Shown here: positions 26,429 to 42,168 of the stretch, one piece after another
Layout: the number at the start of each line of letters is the position of its first letter
Position numbering within the stretch: the stretch's first letter is position 1
Assembly (NCBI RefSeq): GCF_006345805.1
Contig: NC_043014.1
Location: forward strand, 4,092,001 to 4,156,000
Reading direction: 5' to 3'
Length of the DNA: 64,000 bases
DNA from: Octopus sinensis
Taxonomy: Eukaryota
Position numbers and translations under genes: made by a program
Notes under the pieces: generated by a model
Told to the model about the DNA's origin: nothing
The model's input: the letters and a program-made list of their open reading frames with translations, nothing else
The model's database searches: none

Positions 26429-27165
26429 GGATACATATATATATATAACTGTATCCATATATACATACATATACACACATCCCAATTAAACACAAAGAGG
26501 TGGAATTGTACTCCTGTCCGATCGCTCTTCCACCAGACATAATGTAATGGTGGGTTTCTAGCATGGCCACGCCCTGTCGCTGGCAAACGTTTAGCCCTAT
26601 TAATATTAGTGTTAAGTATTATATCTAGACGTACACTTACACACACGCACAGAAACAGACACATGCAAACATAACACACACACACACACATAGGAATACG
26701 TACATTTTAACACACTTTATCTATTTCTCTCCATCGGGACGGAGTGGGAAGGTGAGGTGAGTTTTTTTGAATCTTTTTCTTTCCAACTGAAAATAAAAAG
26801 TGCGATGCAATTGCCAATGTAGATCGGTGAATTCGTAAATGTTTGACTGTAATTCACGTTGGTTTTTATATATGACAATATACGATATAGGATACAGAAT
26901 ACAATAACATACAATACACACGGAAACAACAAAAAAAAACAACACCCACACACTCATACACACAAACACACACACATACGCACGACAGATAGTGACAGCC
27001 GTGCTCAATATAGCACGAAGAACCACACTATACAGTGTATGTCCACTCACATATTGTAGTTTGCGTTTGTGTGTGTATGCGTATAGTAGTATATAGTATA
27101 ATTTCTGCCTATTTATGGCGTGTATGTTGCGTGTAGTACGTGCATACCTATACATTGAGATATGT

Positions 27166-27295
<130 letters not shown>

Positions 27296-28879
27296 CCGTA
27301 TGGAGGCGTAGTGGCCCAGTGTTTAGGGCAGCGGACCACACGGTTGTAGGATAGCGGTTTTTTCGATTCCCAGATTGGGCGTTGTGTGTGTTTAAAGCTC
27401 CACGTGTCTCATGAAGTGGGTTTGTTGTGATCTCTGCTGTACTCTTTTCGCTACATCTTTCCTCCCTTTCTTCTGTTGGCCTGCTCGCTTAAAAACCACG
27501 GGGGTGGCGTCATTTGAAGGTTAAAAAAACACGCGAAGCGCATTGTGATGGCGATATGTATGTCAGCACAACTGATAGCCGTGGTCTGTGACTCTCATCA
27601 CAGAGATATGATTTTGATTTTTGATTGATTATTTTTCCATTTTTCAGCTAAGAGCCTGTGGCCATGCTGGGGCATGCGCGGCACCGCCATCATCATACGC
27701 ACACCATACAACGCACCACAAACGAAGCATCCACACGACACATACACACATACCCGCACAGATGTCCACGTATAACCTTTAACGAACAATACCTCAACAG
27801 ATACGCACACACTTATACCACATGGGCACAGACACACACGCACATACACGTACTTAACGTACACCCACGCACGCACATTACAACCCACACAAACAAATCT
27901 CCATAAAAACCCACATACACACGCATGCACAAATTCACATACAACCGATACATATACATCCACACAATAAATGCCTACACGCGCACACGCACATCACACA
28001 TACGTAAACTACACTATAGACAACAGACACACACCACACGCAAAAACATGCGCACACATACGCACGCACACAAGCACACGAATGCACACACCCAACTCGA
28101 CGCCATACACACACAAACACCCATACATACACAGAAACACTACCAAACACCCACACACACGATACTATACATACACGCACAACAACACACACTACTTCAA
28201 AACTAGCAGTACCTACTACTTGACCTGTGGTAGAGACAAAAGGAGCCACGCCAATTCCTTCGTTGACCTTATCACTACTAGCCCTACAACACGCAAAGAA
28301 TAACAGCCACAACCACACACACATACCACACACCACACGTGTCATCATTGCACTCATACACACATACCAACACACCGCACACGCGAGACCCGCAAACGCA
28401 CATATCCACACTTACACACACATTCCCTCCTCCTCTACCACTCTCCTGTCTTTGAAAGAACTTTTCTTTCACCCATTTCCTCCGGTCATTCAAATGTGAC
28501 CGCGCGTGTGGACCGTTGGCGAGTTTTTTTTCCTCTCTGTTTTCCCTCCTCTGGATCTTTCCTCGTCGTATGTTTCCGACGAAAGCTCCGCTCGTACCGT
28601 TATCGCTCCTTCTTTCCTTCTTTCCTGAGCGTCCGATGATACTATATTTGTTTCCAGGTCGTCCTCACGTGGCTGTGTTCCTTTGTGCTTTCTTGTTGGA
28701 TTAAATTTAAGTATATATATATAATATATATGTATATATATATATGTATATACTATATATAATATATATATAGAATATTGTGGGTGTGGGTGTAGTGTGG
28801 TGTGTGGTACTAGTATAGATTTACTACGGACTATATGGTATAATATATAGGTGATGTGGGAAACATTGTGTGTGTAAAT

Positions 28880-29330
28880 GCTGTAATGTGTGTTGTAGTT
28901 GTGGTTTACTAGTCATGCAAATTGGAGGTGGGGTTTCTGTGATTTTTGAACGCACCGAAAAGCTGTCAGTGGATATACTCTCCTTTGCAGCAGTGTGCGC
29001 TGTGTCTAGCACGACCCATCATCGGAAATTTTGACACCTCACGTCGGGTTTGATGTCCTACATCTCTCATAGAGTAAATTTGGAGGAAATTTGGTTGTTC
29101 ATTCGCGGGTACCAGAGAACCAATGAGGGGATAGACTTGCCCTTGAACTTTGACGTCGGCGTAAATTCATGTTTATCTATCTTCTTAGATTCACCAAAGG
29201 ATGTCATTTGAAATTCAGATTTTTATTGTCTGATATTGTTCAGAAAATCCTTTGACTGGATGGAAGCGCCTTCTAGAAGATTACTAAGGGGTTGAGATGG
29301 TAGTGTTGGCAATGATACCTGTCCAATATG
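28880..29330 (-). mobile_element. Helitron-derived fragment, paralog 2 copy (3' end lost)
   Basis: Homologous to ~5120-5521. Confidence 0.6.
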
Positions 29331-29408
29331 TTGCATTGTTTTAAGTTCTAAACGATACTAAATACCCTGAAGTTCTATTTATATGATGCTATTTCTATTT
29401 TTTCACAG

Positions 29409-29460
29409 AACCGTTTCATCTCCAAGAAATCTCTCGACGATAAACCTGATGACACACCAA
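29409..29460 (+). CDS. Paralog 2 exon 2 (NRFISKKSLDDKPDDTP-K)
   Basis: tttcacag / GTAAG boundaries, 52 nt, matches 5626-5677. Confidence 0.78.
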
Positions 29461-32159
29461 GTAAGAAGTGATTTTATGGCTAAAGTCTTTTACCCGTGAC
29501 TCATTAACTAATGGTTTATAATTTCACCAACTTTGAATTAGTTCCACATTACTATCCTTATGTCCACAATAATATATACTAAGACACTTGCCTGAATTTA
29601 TTTCAAACTATATTGTACTTTACAATAATTTCCTGAATAAAATGCTTTTATATACTATGCCATTTATTTGTGTGTTTATGAGTATATATGCAGTGCTACG
29701 TCGATAATTGTACCAAGCCCTCTTCATCTGAGAATCAAATGCCCGAGCTGGCGCTTCACTGCGTTTATATCTACAATTCAGCATTCTGTCCACTCTTGTG
29801 CTTCCAATCGTTCGTGAATAGAGACCCGAAATAATGATGTTCCACTTTCCGACACAGTGCGTATTTGTCAATCCTTCCTTGGGGTACTCGGCAGCCAACC
29901 AATTCAGTGCACGTTGTTGGTGACCATCAGACGAATCAGGTAGCAGCATGTCGTCTGCAAATAACAGTCGACCGATCACGTAGAGATGGATTGGGATACC
30001 TCTACCACAATGGCTGCGCATATTCAACCAGATCACAAAAAGAATGTGAGAAGGTGCACTAACAATGCACACTTCAATAGAGTGAAACCTTCTCGTTGAA
30101 AAATTTCAACTTTTACATAAATACAATCATTTGAACATCCATATAAGTACTTTATGGCAACCATTAAAATCACCTTCCTGGTAAACCATCCGTAACATGC
30201 CCCAGGGCACGTGATCGTGTGCATTTTCGTGGTTTACAGCGAATAAATCTTGGAAATGCTTCAACGATTTCTTGAAGATCTGTCTTTGAACGACTATGTG
30301 GTCGGGTGTAGTGCGTCCTGGACAGTAATCTTGGGCGCGACAATTTCCCTAAATATCTTTTCCTGTCATTTAGTGTAGGCTTTTCTATAATTAGAACACA
30401 AACTTTGGTCTCTGTTTGAAAAATTGTGATTATCACACCATATTACCATTGCCTTGGTGTTTTTTGAAGAGGTCCCATCAACCTAGCGTACACGTGTCAC
30501 TCAGAGAATACCATCTGTATTCAAGGTTTATAAAATATCAAGCCGAACGTGCTTTTCACCAGCAGCTTTATCACTTTTAAGTGAGTTTAGCTCAAATAAG
30601 CGTTCAACCGAAGAAGAACCTGCCGAAAATAATAATACAACCACGAATCCATTTCGATGTCCAACTTCATTCAGGCGGGTCACTCTCAATTTGGATGCAA
30701 AAGTCTCCACATTTTCGTTTCTGATTCCAGCATCCACTGCGGCTTCCAACTGTATTCTGTAGGTCGCACTGGACTTACCAATTTCCAGTGTTCGGCAGAC
30801 CGTAGAAATTTTCAGGTTTTCAGATATGTAGGTAGTGCGAGTTGACAATTCCACCCCTCCTTTTACCCGAACGTTCAGCAAAGAGTGAAAGATGACCGAA
30901 CACTATCAGAAACCTCTGTCACCAAGTATTTCTATACCAGGCACCCTTATAAATATCCCTGTCTTCAAATAATATCTATACCATAGAGAGGAGAGTGTGT
31001 ATCCTGCACAGAAGCCTGCTAAGACCTCTCCATTAAGTTCACTGACGACGTTCCTTCCAATCAATCCTTCTCACGGTTATCAGTGCCAAGGTGTGCACTG
31101 AAGTCTCCTTGCAGGACAAATGACTTTACCCCAAATATATCTAAAGCTGAGATGAATTTGCTTAGGAAGGATTTGTATTTGACCTAGCTGTTTGCTGCAT
31201 ATACTTTCAACAGCCACAGTGGTCTTTCATATTCAGCCTTAGTTTCAAGAGGTGAACCCTCACACCTAGTAGGTTTCACTCCATTATACAATCCGAAAGC
31301 TGGGGATTGAGAGTATCCTAATCCCACCTGTGCAGACATTGTTGGCACCACAGTTGCGTAGTGGAGTTTCAAGCCTATATCCAGGTGTACGCTATCGGAG
31401 AAAGGAAATTTTGTAGAGGAGACACCGATTATATCTTACAGGCAGATTATATCTAACAATTTTGACGTTTTAATTCTCAATTATTAAAGGTTGTTCCCTT
31501 CTTGATCTGCTTTCGTGTCCTGAGACCGTCAATTTTGAGCTCCCACCCCACGCACGCCAGATTAATTTGCAGGCTTCTTGCTGGTTGCACCGGTATTGGG
31601 TGGGTTGTGCTATACATTTATCGATCGGACTCCTCTACTCGAGATACGGATGCGATGTCTTTTAACTAAATCGACAAATGATGCGGTATGGTTGTTATTT
31701 TCATATTGTAGTTATGATGGCCTTATTTGCGCCGAGTTCCAAACTGATATTTGTAATTGACCGATGAATATTCGCACCTGGCGAATATTTTATCATTATT
31801 CTATTGAGTTTTATCATTATTCTATTGAGATTTATATATACTCATACCCAAGTTTACGTATCATACATACATCCGTTCATAGCGGAGACCGATACACATT
31901 CTGATATTCTGAGATTAATCTCTGAAATCTTTGACATCAACGTCAACAACAGGCTCAACAGACAAATGTCTTTTTTCTTTCTTTACAATTTATTCTTATT
32001 ATTTACATCTTTCGTTCTGACTTTCATTCATTCACTCGTTCTTTCTTAAATTCTATAATTTTCTCTTCTCTATCAATTCCTTCTCATCCAACAATCTACT
32101 TTGTAAATGATTCCCCAATTCTCTCTTTTAAACTACATTATTCCATTTTAATTTCACAG

Positions 32160-32234
32160 AACCCGGTCTCGGATCATTGTATACCCGGTGGGGCAGAACA
32201 ACTTGTCCTCCTTATTCAAAACTTGTATATGAAG
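32160..32234 (+). CDS. Paralog 2 exon 3 (K-PGLGSLYTRWGRTTCPPYSKLVYE-G)
   Basis: tttcacag / GTTAGT boundaries, 75 nt. Confidence 0.9.
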
Positions 32235-33288
32235 GTTAGTATAATTTATATTTCTGATCTCTCATTCTCTTTTTGTCTTTCTCTTGTTCTCTTTTTATAC
32301 CTCTCATTCTCTCTTTTTGTTGCCTCTCTTTCTCTCTAACCCTCTCTCTCACGCACACGCACACACACTCAACCTTTGTCGGGTTGTCTAACATAAACAT
32401 TCTCAAATCCTCTTATGGTATGTCACGTTTCAAACGTCTATACCTGTAGACTATACAGACACTACACAAGACTGCTTACTCCTTTGTAGGTATTTGGTCA
32501 TATCAGAATATTATAAGTTGTCTACTACGGACCAAGTGAAAATGATGCTAATTGGTGATCAATTGTACAGGCTACGGATGGTGGTATTGTACGTGAGTGA
32601 CTAGAGCTGAATAGTGGCCACTTGACTACTTTTAACTAGAATGCGCAATGATCGTATGTGTGGGCTAAATTGAATAGAGTCTATTAGAATTGATGACAGT
32701 GACTGTAAATGGTGAAAGGAATAAACACACAATGTAGAATGAGGACTGGACAAGCCAATGCTTTAAGTGATGGAAAAAGCTAAGGACTGTATTCATTAAG
32801 TAAAATAGAGAGACTAAATATTAGTGAGAGAACACAACAGAGTACAGAATGCACTTCTATTCTTCTCCGCCTCACCGAAATCGTCCTATCGCTAAAACCT
32901 TGCTCTTTTCATGCACCACATCACCTCATTAATTATCCAGTATATCTTTGTAAGGTAATTCCGAAACTTCCAATTCAAAACTGCTGCTACAAACTGCGTC
33001 CCCAATCAACCTCACATTCCTTAGAAATGCTCTGAATCTGCTCTTTATAAACCCTATACGTATGTTTTTTCGGTCGCCGCTTCCATCACCAAAAATATCC
33101 CCGTTCACTCGTGAACAAATTTTCCATTTCGGGTAAACACGAGTACATGCGTTACAGAATTCCTTTCTTTTTCTCCTTCTATTAACATCCACGCAAAAAC
33201 ACTTCCCCATGGTAACATACATAATAATCCACGTCATCACCTCAAATACTTACCCGTATAAACACAACATATATATACATATAACTAC

Positions 33289-33379
<91 letters not shown>

Positions 33380-33406
33380 AAATAAAAACAAGATGCGAAG
33401 GATTCA

Positions 33407-33484
33407 GCGGTACATATGTTTCGGGCCTTTATTAGACAGATTTATAACAATGCATAATGTATGTCTGTGGCCTTCTTCAGCCGC
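33407..33484 (-). ncRNA. Same hammerhead, antisense copy in the left inverted repeat
   Basis: Reverse complement of 35343-35420. Confidence 0.7.
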
Positions 33485-35342
33485 GCACAACAACTTCCAC
33501 AAGGGCATGTGTTACATCAAAAATTCTTGGTTGGGGATGCAAATCCTCCCATTCGCGTGCGACATAATGCGGCAGCAGCATAGAATTGAAGCGTCCATCT
33601 CTTTCTTCCCTCAATGTAGGATGAGGAAAAATGGATGTTGAAGTAATGTAAATAAATAAATACATGTATATACGTGAAGATGGAGGGGCGAGAATTCAGG
33701 ACGAGGGATAAAAAATGTATAAAAAGTGTAAGTATAGAAAAATATAAAAATGTAGAGCATAAAGATATAAAGAGATATAAGGAGATGTAAAGGGGGTATA
33801 AAGAATATAAAGAAATATAAAGAAATATAAATAAATGTAAAGGCATAAGGTTATAAAGTAAAATAGAAATAGAAATAAAAATAAAAGTAAAAAAACATGA
33901 TAAAAATGTAACAAAATATAAAAAAAATATAAAGATAAGGGATGTATAGAGGTTAAGGACCAAGCATGGTGGTCAGGAGATTGATAAAGTTTAGTTGTAG
34001 AATTGTCAGTAAATCAACAGTTTCGTCTGGGGACCTAATGCGTTGTAAATCAGAGCTGTTGAGCGTTTAATCTGGTTCCTTGAATTATTTGGACTTCTAG
34101 TACATACATACCAACATGGATACACACACCCATATACACGCGTACATATACGCCTCCAAGCCTATAAGCATACACACGCACTCGCGTGTAAACATGCATA
34201 TAAACACACACACACCCACACGTACGTGCGTACACATACATACATACAACAGAATATCCGCATGTATACACGGACACTATACATGTACACACTCACATGT
34301 ACATACGCGCGCCCATCCCCACATACACACACGCATATGCCCACGCTTCCAGGTCTAGATATAAGATATTAAAGGATGTATATAAGAGCGTATGTAAGGA
34401 ATCACGTCTATGCGTGCACGCACACACGGCTGTGTGTACGTATGTGCGTGCACACATACACCTACACACACACACAGAGACATAGGGGTATAGTTATAAG
34501 ATATCAAAATATGCATGTACATATATGCGCGCGTTTATGTATGTATGCGTATACATACGTACACGGACGCTCGCATAGTCAAAAGTGGATCTATAGGTAA
34601 GTAAATAAACACATATAGAGATGTAAAGCGATAAGTTAGGGGTAAGAATGAGGGTAAGGGTAAAAATTAGAAATAAAAGTAAGAAATACAGTATAAAATA
34701 AGAAATACAATGTAATAGTTAGAAATGAAATATAAAAATTATAAAAATTATAAGAGTTAAGGTAAGGGATGAAAATGAAAATGAGAATAAATGGAAGTAG
34801 AATAAGAGTAAAAATAAAATAAAATAAAATAAGATAAAAATATAATTTAACATGAGATGAAGGTGGTTGAAAGTTAGAGGTGTGTGTTAAAAGTGTCCAC
34901 GTAGGGGCGGGCGGGGGGAACTGAAAATTGGAAGGGTGGGAAGTGGAGTTTGGCGGTGTGCGTTCAACATCCGAGTTAGAAATGTGAAAGGGTATAGATA
35001 TAGGGAAGTAAAGAGACTATATAGGAAGGATATGGGTGTAGGAGAAGAAATATTTAGGGAAAAGAAGTCATATATGGGAGACAAAATTTGTATATATAGG
35101 AGGAAAATGCAGGGAAACATATATGCACATACACACACCCACACACACACACACGCACATATATATATATATATATATGTACATATACGTACACATATGT
35201 GAACATACATATACATACACACACACATACGCATATACATATTCTATGCTGCTGCCGCATTATGTCGTACGCGAATGGGAGGATTTGCATCCCCAACCAA
35301 GAATTTTTGATGTAACACATGCCCTTGTGGAAGTTGTTGTGC

Positions 35343-35420
35343 GCGGCTGAAGAAGGCCACAGACATACATTATGCATTGTTATAAATCTGTCTAATAAAG
35401 GCCCGAAACATATGTACCGC
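35343..35420 (+). ncRNA. Type I hammerhead ribozyme in the right inverted repeat of a foldback element
   Basis: Stem I GCGG/CCGC; CTGAAGA 35347-35353; stem II GGCC/GGCC with an A-C mismatch at its base and a long loop; GAAA 35405-35408; minimal stem III C-ATAT-G; GUA triplet, cut after 35416. Confidence 0.72.
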
Positions 35421-35528
35421 TGAATCCTTCGCATCTTGTTTTTATTTTGATCAATTTACTCCACCACCTACACCATCAAACGGTATACACAGGTGCTTAT
35501 AATTATCAAGTACTCACCCCGAATTTCT

Positions 35529-35717
<189 letters not shown>

Positions 35718-36169
35718 ATATATGTTATATATCTGGCAGACTATTGACAATGAAACGGAAGGTCTTATCATATATTATAGTTAAATATTTTAAACAATGT
35801 TGCTATGAATACAGTTGAAGTTTAGGGTTTTCCAAAGAATTATTTAGAAGAATATTATAACAAAAGGATAGAAATTGTTGAATATTTTTCTATTCATAAG
35901 TATTCATAAATTTCTTGATAATTTTATTAACTTCTATGCTGAAGTAGAGACAACGTGATCTTTGAGTATCTCCTTAACTTCTTGGAGATTTTAGGTATAA
36001 TTATACTAATGTGTCAATCTGTTTTAATTTAATTAAATCCTATGTATTGGTGCAGCTGAAGATTCCACTATATTTTAAATTGATGTGATTATTGTATTGT
36101 TCAATTAAATGGAGTTGCATGAAACAATTGTACTGCATTATCTCTGGATATCCTTGTTACTTACTTTGA

Positions 36170-36215
<46 letters not shown>

Positions 36216-36422
36216 AAGAGAATGCAAATGCACTGCTACGTTCTCGTGCATACAGTATCACACAGCTTACACTCATATAACACTAACATATACACCACAA
36301 TTCGTTCACACGCGAGTAAACATGACTTCTTTTAAGGGTTAAAATGTAATGAATGTTTCCGTTAGTTCATATATAATTTTGCTTAATATCTTTTTTACTT
36401 GATTTATTCTTACCAATTCTAG

Positions 36423-36919
36423 GTGTTGTTGGTGGACAACATTATACCCATACTGGTGGCGGAAGTAATCTCTTGTGTCTACCCAACGATCCCATTTGGG
36501 CCAATTATACGACTGAAGTTGAAGAAGGTGGTTACATTTATGGCAGTGAATATGAAATATCCCACTACTCAAATAAACTCTTTTCTTTTGCAAACGCTGA
36601 ATCAATTCATGATCACAACGTTCCGTGCGCTGTCTGTTTGACACGACAACCTGCTGTTTTTATGATGTTACCAGCCAGGACACAGTGTTACGCTGGTTGG
36701 ACAGCTGAATATTCAGGATATTTGATGACCGAGGGTTCTGGTCATAAGGGCAGACTTGAATATGTGTGTGTGGATTATGCACCAGAAGCTGATCCAGCGG
36801 GTTACAGAGACGAAAATGGAGCTCTATTATATTTCGTTCAGGCTGCTTGTGGTTCATTGCCATGTCCACCGTATGTCAATGGTCGAGAATTAACCTGCGT
36901 TGTGTGCAGTAAATACTGA
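36423..36919 (+). CDS. Paralog 2 exon 4, short-chain collagen C4-like domain (full protein 255 aa)
   Basis: ttctag acceptor, open to TGA at 36917-36919; one codon shorter than paralogs 1 and 3; AATAAA at 36980. Confidence 0.92.
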
Positions 36920-38536
36920 ATCGAATTTACATTCGTTTTTACATGAAAATTTATGTTGGCGAATCATAAAATATAATATAATAAAGCAACATATACGTTT
37001 CTTGTAATTGTGTTTCGCAGTATTTTATCCAACTAATATATGTCGTTAAATAAATTGCTGCTACAAGTTTTCAGAAAATATTCAAAACGAAACAACAGAG
37101 ACGTCATAGAATGTGACAAATAGTTTGAGAGAACGATGTAATCCTCAGAGAATGATTCTAGAATACATTGTATGAGGTTCAGTTTATCAAATTTAAATGT
37201 TGAAATAAAATGATGATTCGTTTAAATGTGTGTTGTATTCCGTCTTAAAATGAAAACAATCCCCAAATGAAACACCTCCGTACAAATATATCACCCTTTC
37301 ATGATCAATCTTCAGAAAACACGATAAAAGCTTATAACTAACATCACTAAATCATGATGGGTTAATAAAAAAAATACTCCCATACGTATCATTGTAACTA
37401 CAATCGATGCGATGAAAGTTCTGCAATCCAATCGCGGATATTACCTAATAAATGTTGACAACCTTACTACTTGTCAGGTTACTAACACATTGAAGTTTTC
37501 ACGAAACACTTTCGACAAGGGTATAAGTACACGTCCCACGAAGAACTATTTTCAACCTACATTCACATATTCCAGCTTTTCTACAAAAATCACACACACA
37601 GCCTCGCGTCACATTACACACGCAGCCTCTCATCGTTCCCTGAAAACTCATGTGCCAAAATAAAATGTGAAACCACCAAGAAATAAGAGTAGACTTCAAG
37701 AACGGCATCAACCGAATCTACAGCAACACCACAAAACATCGAGTTCAACAAATTATCGCGATCTGTAACATAAAACTATCAAACTCGCAGAAGAGGAACT
37801 TGCTTCGAGATACATGCATACAATAACTGTAACACACATAAACGACTTAGTAAGGAAAGGAAGACGACTTATAAAATATACATTAGGTGGAATCAGTGCA
37901 ACATGTTGAGTCTTTCACACTATACCCAGCATGATTGCTCCTTGTATGTGGGAGTTTGTAGAATGGCTGCCAGATAAACGAAGGTATCCGTGGAAAGAGG
38001 GATCTGTGGGTGGCAGCACGTTTTTTGTCCGATTCATTGCGTGCCATAAGAATGCTCGATTGTGAAAAAGCTAGAGAAAAAGAATAATAATTAAGTAATA
38101 TGAAAGCACGAAATGCAAATTGACAAATGAATATATGGAAACATTCAACATGGCGTTTCCAGTGAACAGTATTAGCGCTCAGTATTAGGCATAAGCAATT
38201 TTTAGTTTCGTTAAAATGTGCTAATGGCATATTTCAAACTCTAAACGCAAATTCTGTGCAAAAAGTTGCAAAAACAGCATATCAGTCCAGTGCTGCTCCC
38301 TATCGGGTTCCAGTTCAGCCGTTATCAAAAGAAAATACCGAAGAGGGGAATATCTGGACAAACTTAAAGCCATAGCTTTAACTAAAACATAGTCAACAAC
38401 AACGAGTAAGTGACGCCATTAGAGCGCCAGGCTGGAGTCTGTCGTGAGTTACCTCCCTTCGGTATTTCTCTCTGATAAATTCTTCGCTAGAGGAGTTGAC
38501 TTCAAACTTGTGCCCCAACAGTAACTGCGGTCGCTC

Positions 38537-38556
38537 GTACGTGCCCGCATCTTTCC

Positions 38557-38591
<35 letters not shown>

Positions 38592-39585
38592 TATGCGTGT
38601 GTTTGTATGTGTGTGTGTGTGTGTGTCAGTGTGTGTGTGTGGGTGGGTGTTTGTGTGTTTGCATGTATGTGTGTGTGTGTGTGTGTCAATGTGTGTATGT
38701 CAGTGTGTGTGTGAGTGTCAGTGTGTGTGTGTGTGTGTGTGTGTCAGTGTGTGTGTGTATCAGTGTGTGTGTATGTATCAGTGTGTGTGTGTGTGTGTAT
38801 CAGTGTGTGTGTGTGGGTGTGTGGGTGTGTGGGTGTGTGTGTGTGTGTGTTTTCATGTGTGTGTGTGTGTAGGTGTGTGTGTCAGTGAGTGTGTGTATGT
38901 CAATGTGTGTGTGAGTGTCAGTGTGTGTGTGTCAGTGTGTGTGTGTCACTGTATGTGTGTGTCAGTATGTTTGAGTGTGTTTGTCAGTGTGTGTGTGTCA
39001 GTGTGTGTGTGTCAGTGTGTGTGTATGTGTGTATGTCAGTGTGTGTGTGTGTTTGTCAGTGTGTGTGTGTATGTGTGTGTATCAGTGTGTGTGTGTGTGT
39101 GTGTGTCAGTGTGTGTGTGTTTATGTGTGTGTGTCAGTGTGTGTGTGTATGTCAGTGTGTGTGTGTGTGTGTGTCAGTGTGTGTATGTGTATGTGTGTGT
39201 CAGTTTGTGTGTGTATCAGTGTGCGTGTGTTGGTGTGGGTTTGTTTGCATGTGTGTGTCATTGTGTGTGTATGTCAGCGTGTGTGTGTGTGTTTGTGTGT
39301 CAGTGTGTGTGTGTGTGTCAGTGTGTGTGCGTCACTGTGTTTGTGTGTCAGTATGTGTGTATGTTAGTGTGTGTGTGTGTCAGTGTGTGTGTATGTGTAT
39401 GTATGAAAGTGTGTTCGTGTGTATGTGTGTCGTTGTGTGTGTGTGTATGTCTATGTGTGTGTGTGTGTCAGTGTGTGTGTGTGTGTGTCAGTGTGCGCGA
39501 GTGTATGTGTGCCAGTGTCTCTGTGTCTGTGTTTCAGTGTGTGTTTGCGTGTCAGTGTGTGTTTAAGTGTGTGTCTGTCTATTTG
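38537..39585. repeat. Compound (GT)n/GTCA microsatellite upstream of paralog 3; equivalents at ~23080-23435 and ~51035-51530
   Basis: Direct reading; length differs about three-fold between paralogs. Confidence 0.95.
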
Positions 39586-39998
39586 TCGGTTGAACAAAAT
39601 ACTTCCCACACTGAATATTAAAACAGTTTCCCAAGAATAACAAATAAAATTAATTAAAAACATTAGTAAATAAATATATCATAATATATCCAGAAACAGG
39701 AATCATTTCACTTTACACGTGTCTCTCATTCATCAAAATATTTTGCTAATTATTGTGTGACAATATCAAACCATCTCTTTCCAATAATTAAACCTGTCAG
39801 ACAAGTTCACACCCGCTTTTACAGTTCCACCAATCGCATTGGTTCATAAATTTACGATAAGATCTATGCCAGAGCTGGGTTGTTGTGCGCTCAATAAATA
39901 CGTGGAATTCAGTTACAGGTCTTCAGCTTAAACCTCGCATCTCGATCTTTTGTTGAAGCCACACGAAGTATCACGTACGACCGACAACTGTCACCAGA

Positions 39999-40142
39999 AT
40001 GGATTTCGCACAACTGTCCAGGAATATTTCGCAGCGTTATTCCATTTCTTCTCTCATAGCTTTTGGGGTTCTTCTCGTTCTGACGATCGTGATTCTTCAT
40101 CAAGATTCAAGAATAGGAAAAATGGAAGAGAAATCGAATGCG
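39999..40142 (+). CDS. Paralog 3 exon 1 (MDFAQ...EEKSNA)
   Basis: ATG, 48 codons, GTAAGT donor at 40143. Confidence 0.85.
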
Positions 40143-40996
40143 GTAAGTCATGGATTTTGTGTTAATATATGTATGTCTTTATGTATTTATATATGCATGT
40201 ATGTATGTATGCATTTACGTATGTATGTATTAATATGTGGATGTATGTATGTACCGATGGATGGATGGATGTAAGGATGTATGCATGAATCACGTACATA
40301 TGTTCCTATGGAGCACACACACACACATAAGATCACACACGTAATCACACACGAACACACAGGCGCACACACCTAAATATACATATATATACATATACGT
40401 ATAATTGTATATATAATATACATATATATGTATATATAAATATACATATATATGAATATATTAGTGCCTGAACATATATGGATATATATATACAAACAAA
40501 TACATGCGTGTGTGTATCTATCACTGTATCTCTCTGTCTATCCCTCTCTCTCTCTATTTATCTATATATATATATGTATGTGTGTGTGTGTGTGTGTGTG
40601 TGTTTGTATATAAATATATTCTTTTAACCGTTTCAGTCATTTGACTGCGGCCATGCTAGGGCACTGCGTTCAGTAGAACAAATCGACTTCAGGAATTATT
40701 CCTTGTAAGCCTATTGCTCATTCTATCGGTATCTCTAGACGATCGGCTATGTAACGGGGACGTAAACACACCGACATCAGTTGAGAATCGATAGCGGTGC
40801 GACAATAACAGACACATACATAAAACATAGATACATACACACTATGTGTGGTATACACACACGCACACACACAAATCAATATATATATATATATATACAT
40901 ATCATATATACATACACACATATATAGTTACGTATGTATGTACATACATATCTATCTATCTATCTATATATCTATCTATGTATATCTATCTATCTA

Positions 40997-41057
<61 letters not shown>

Positions 41058-41954
41058 ATATATATATCTGTCAGATATGATGTAATCGTATATTCTATTT
41101 CTATTTCCATGTCTAGTTATATTTGCAATATATTATGTATAATGTCATTGCTGTTATGTAATGGTTTAATAAAGTATTGATTGGGTATTATCTGATGGTT
41201 GATGATTGATTTAGATATGTTTCTCCATTTTCTTTTTTGCATATATATATATATCTATATATACATACATATACACACATCCCAAGTAAACACAAAGAAG
41301 GGTGTAATTGTACTCCTGTCCGATCGCTCTTTCACCAGACTTAATCCTGGAGAGGGAAATAAGTGCGTAACGGAAAAATTTAACAGTGGGGTTCTAGCAT
41401 GGCCATGCCCTGTCGCTGCAACGTTTAGCCCTATTAATATTAGTGTTAAGTATTATATCTAGATGTACACTTACACACATGCACAGAAACTGACACATGC
41501 AAACACACACACACGCACACATAGGAATACGTACATATTTACACACATTTATCTATTTCTCTCCATCAGGAACGGAAGTGAGGCGAGTTTTTTTGAATCT
41601 TTTCTTTCCAACTGAAAATAAAACGTGCGAGTGCCAATGTAGATCGGTGAATTTCGTAATGTTTGACTGTAATTCACGTTGGTTTTTATATATGACAATA
41701 TGTAAGAACGAATGTAAATACATACACACAGACACACGGACAAACACACGCACAAATAAACACAAACACACACACATACGCACACACACAGACACACGTG
41801 CTCAATTGTACACGAACAACCACACTATACAGTGTATGTCCACTCACATATATGTGTGCGTTTGTGTGTGTGTATGCGTATAAGTAGATACGTATATTTG
41901 TGATATTTATGGTGTGTATGCTTAAGTATACGTGCATACCTATATATTGATATG

Positions 41955-42032
<78 letters not shown>

Positions 42033-42034
<2 letters not shown>

Positions 42035-42089
42035 GAGCTTCCTGATGATTTCATTTGAATGAAACAGTTCTAGTCCTGTAGAAGCTCCT
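42033..42089 (+). ncRNA. Type I hammerhead ribozyme in a ~145-bp insert within (TA)n
   Basis: 9-bp stem I AGGAGCTTC/GAAGCTCCT; CTGATGA 42042-42048; stem II TTC/GAA with a U-U closing mismatch; GAAA 42061-42064; stem III CAG/CTG; GUA triplet, cut after 42080. Confidence 0.75.
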
Positions 42090-42168
42090 TCTATAAAATA
42101 AATTAATTTACTCTGCTATGTATTGAGTACCTTATTTACTGTGGTTAACCCCGACTCAACCCGGGACC

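Noticed and set aside
37290-37320. Minus-strand CTGAAGA-TTGATCAT-GAAA
   Set aside because: No credible stem I or stem III and no NUH site.
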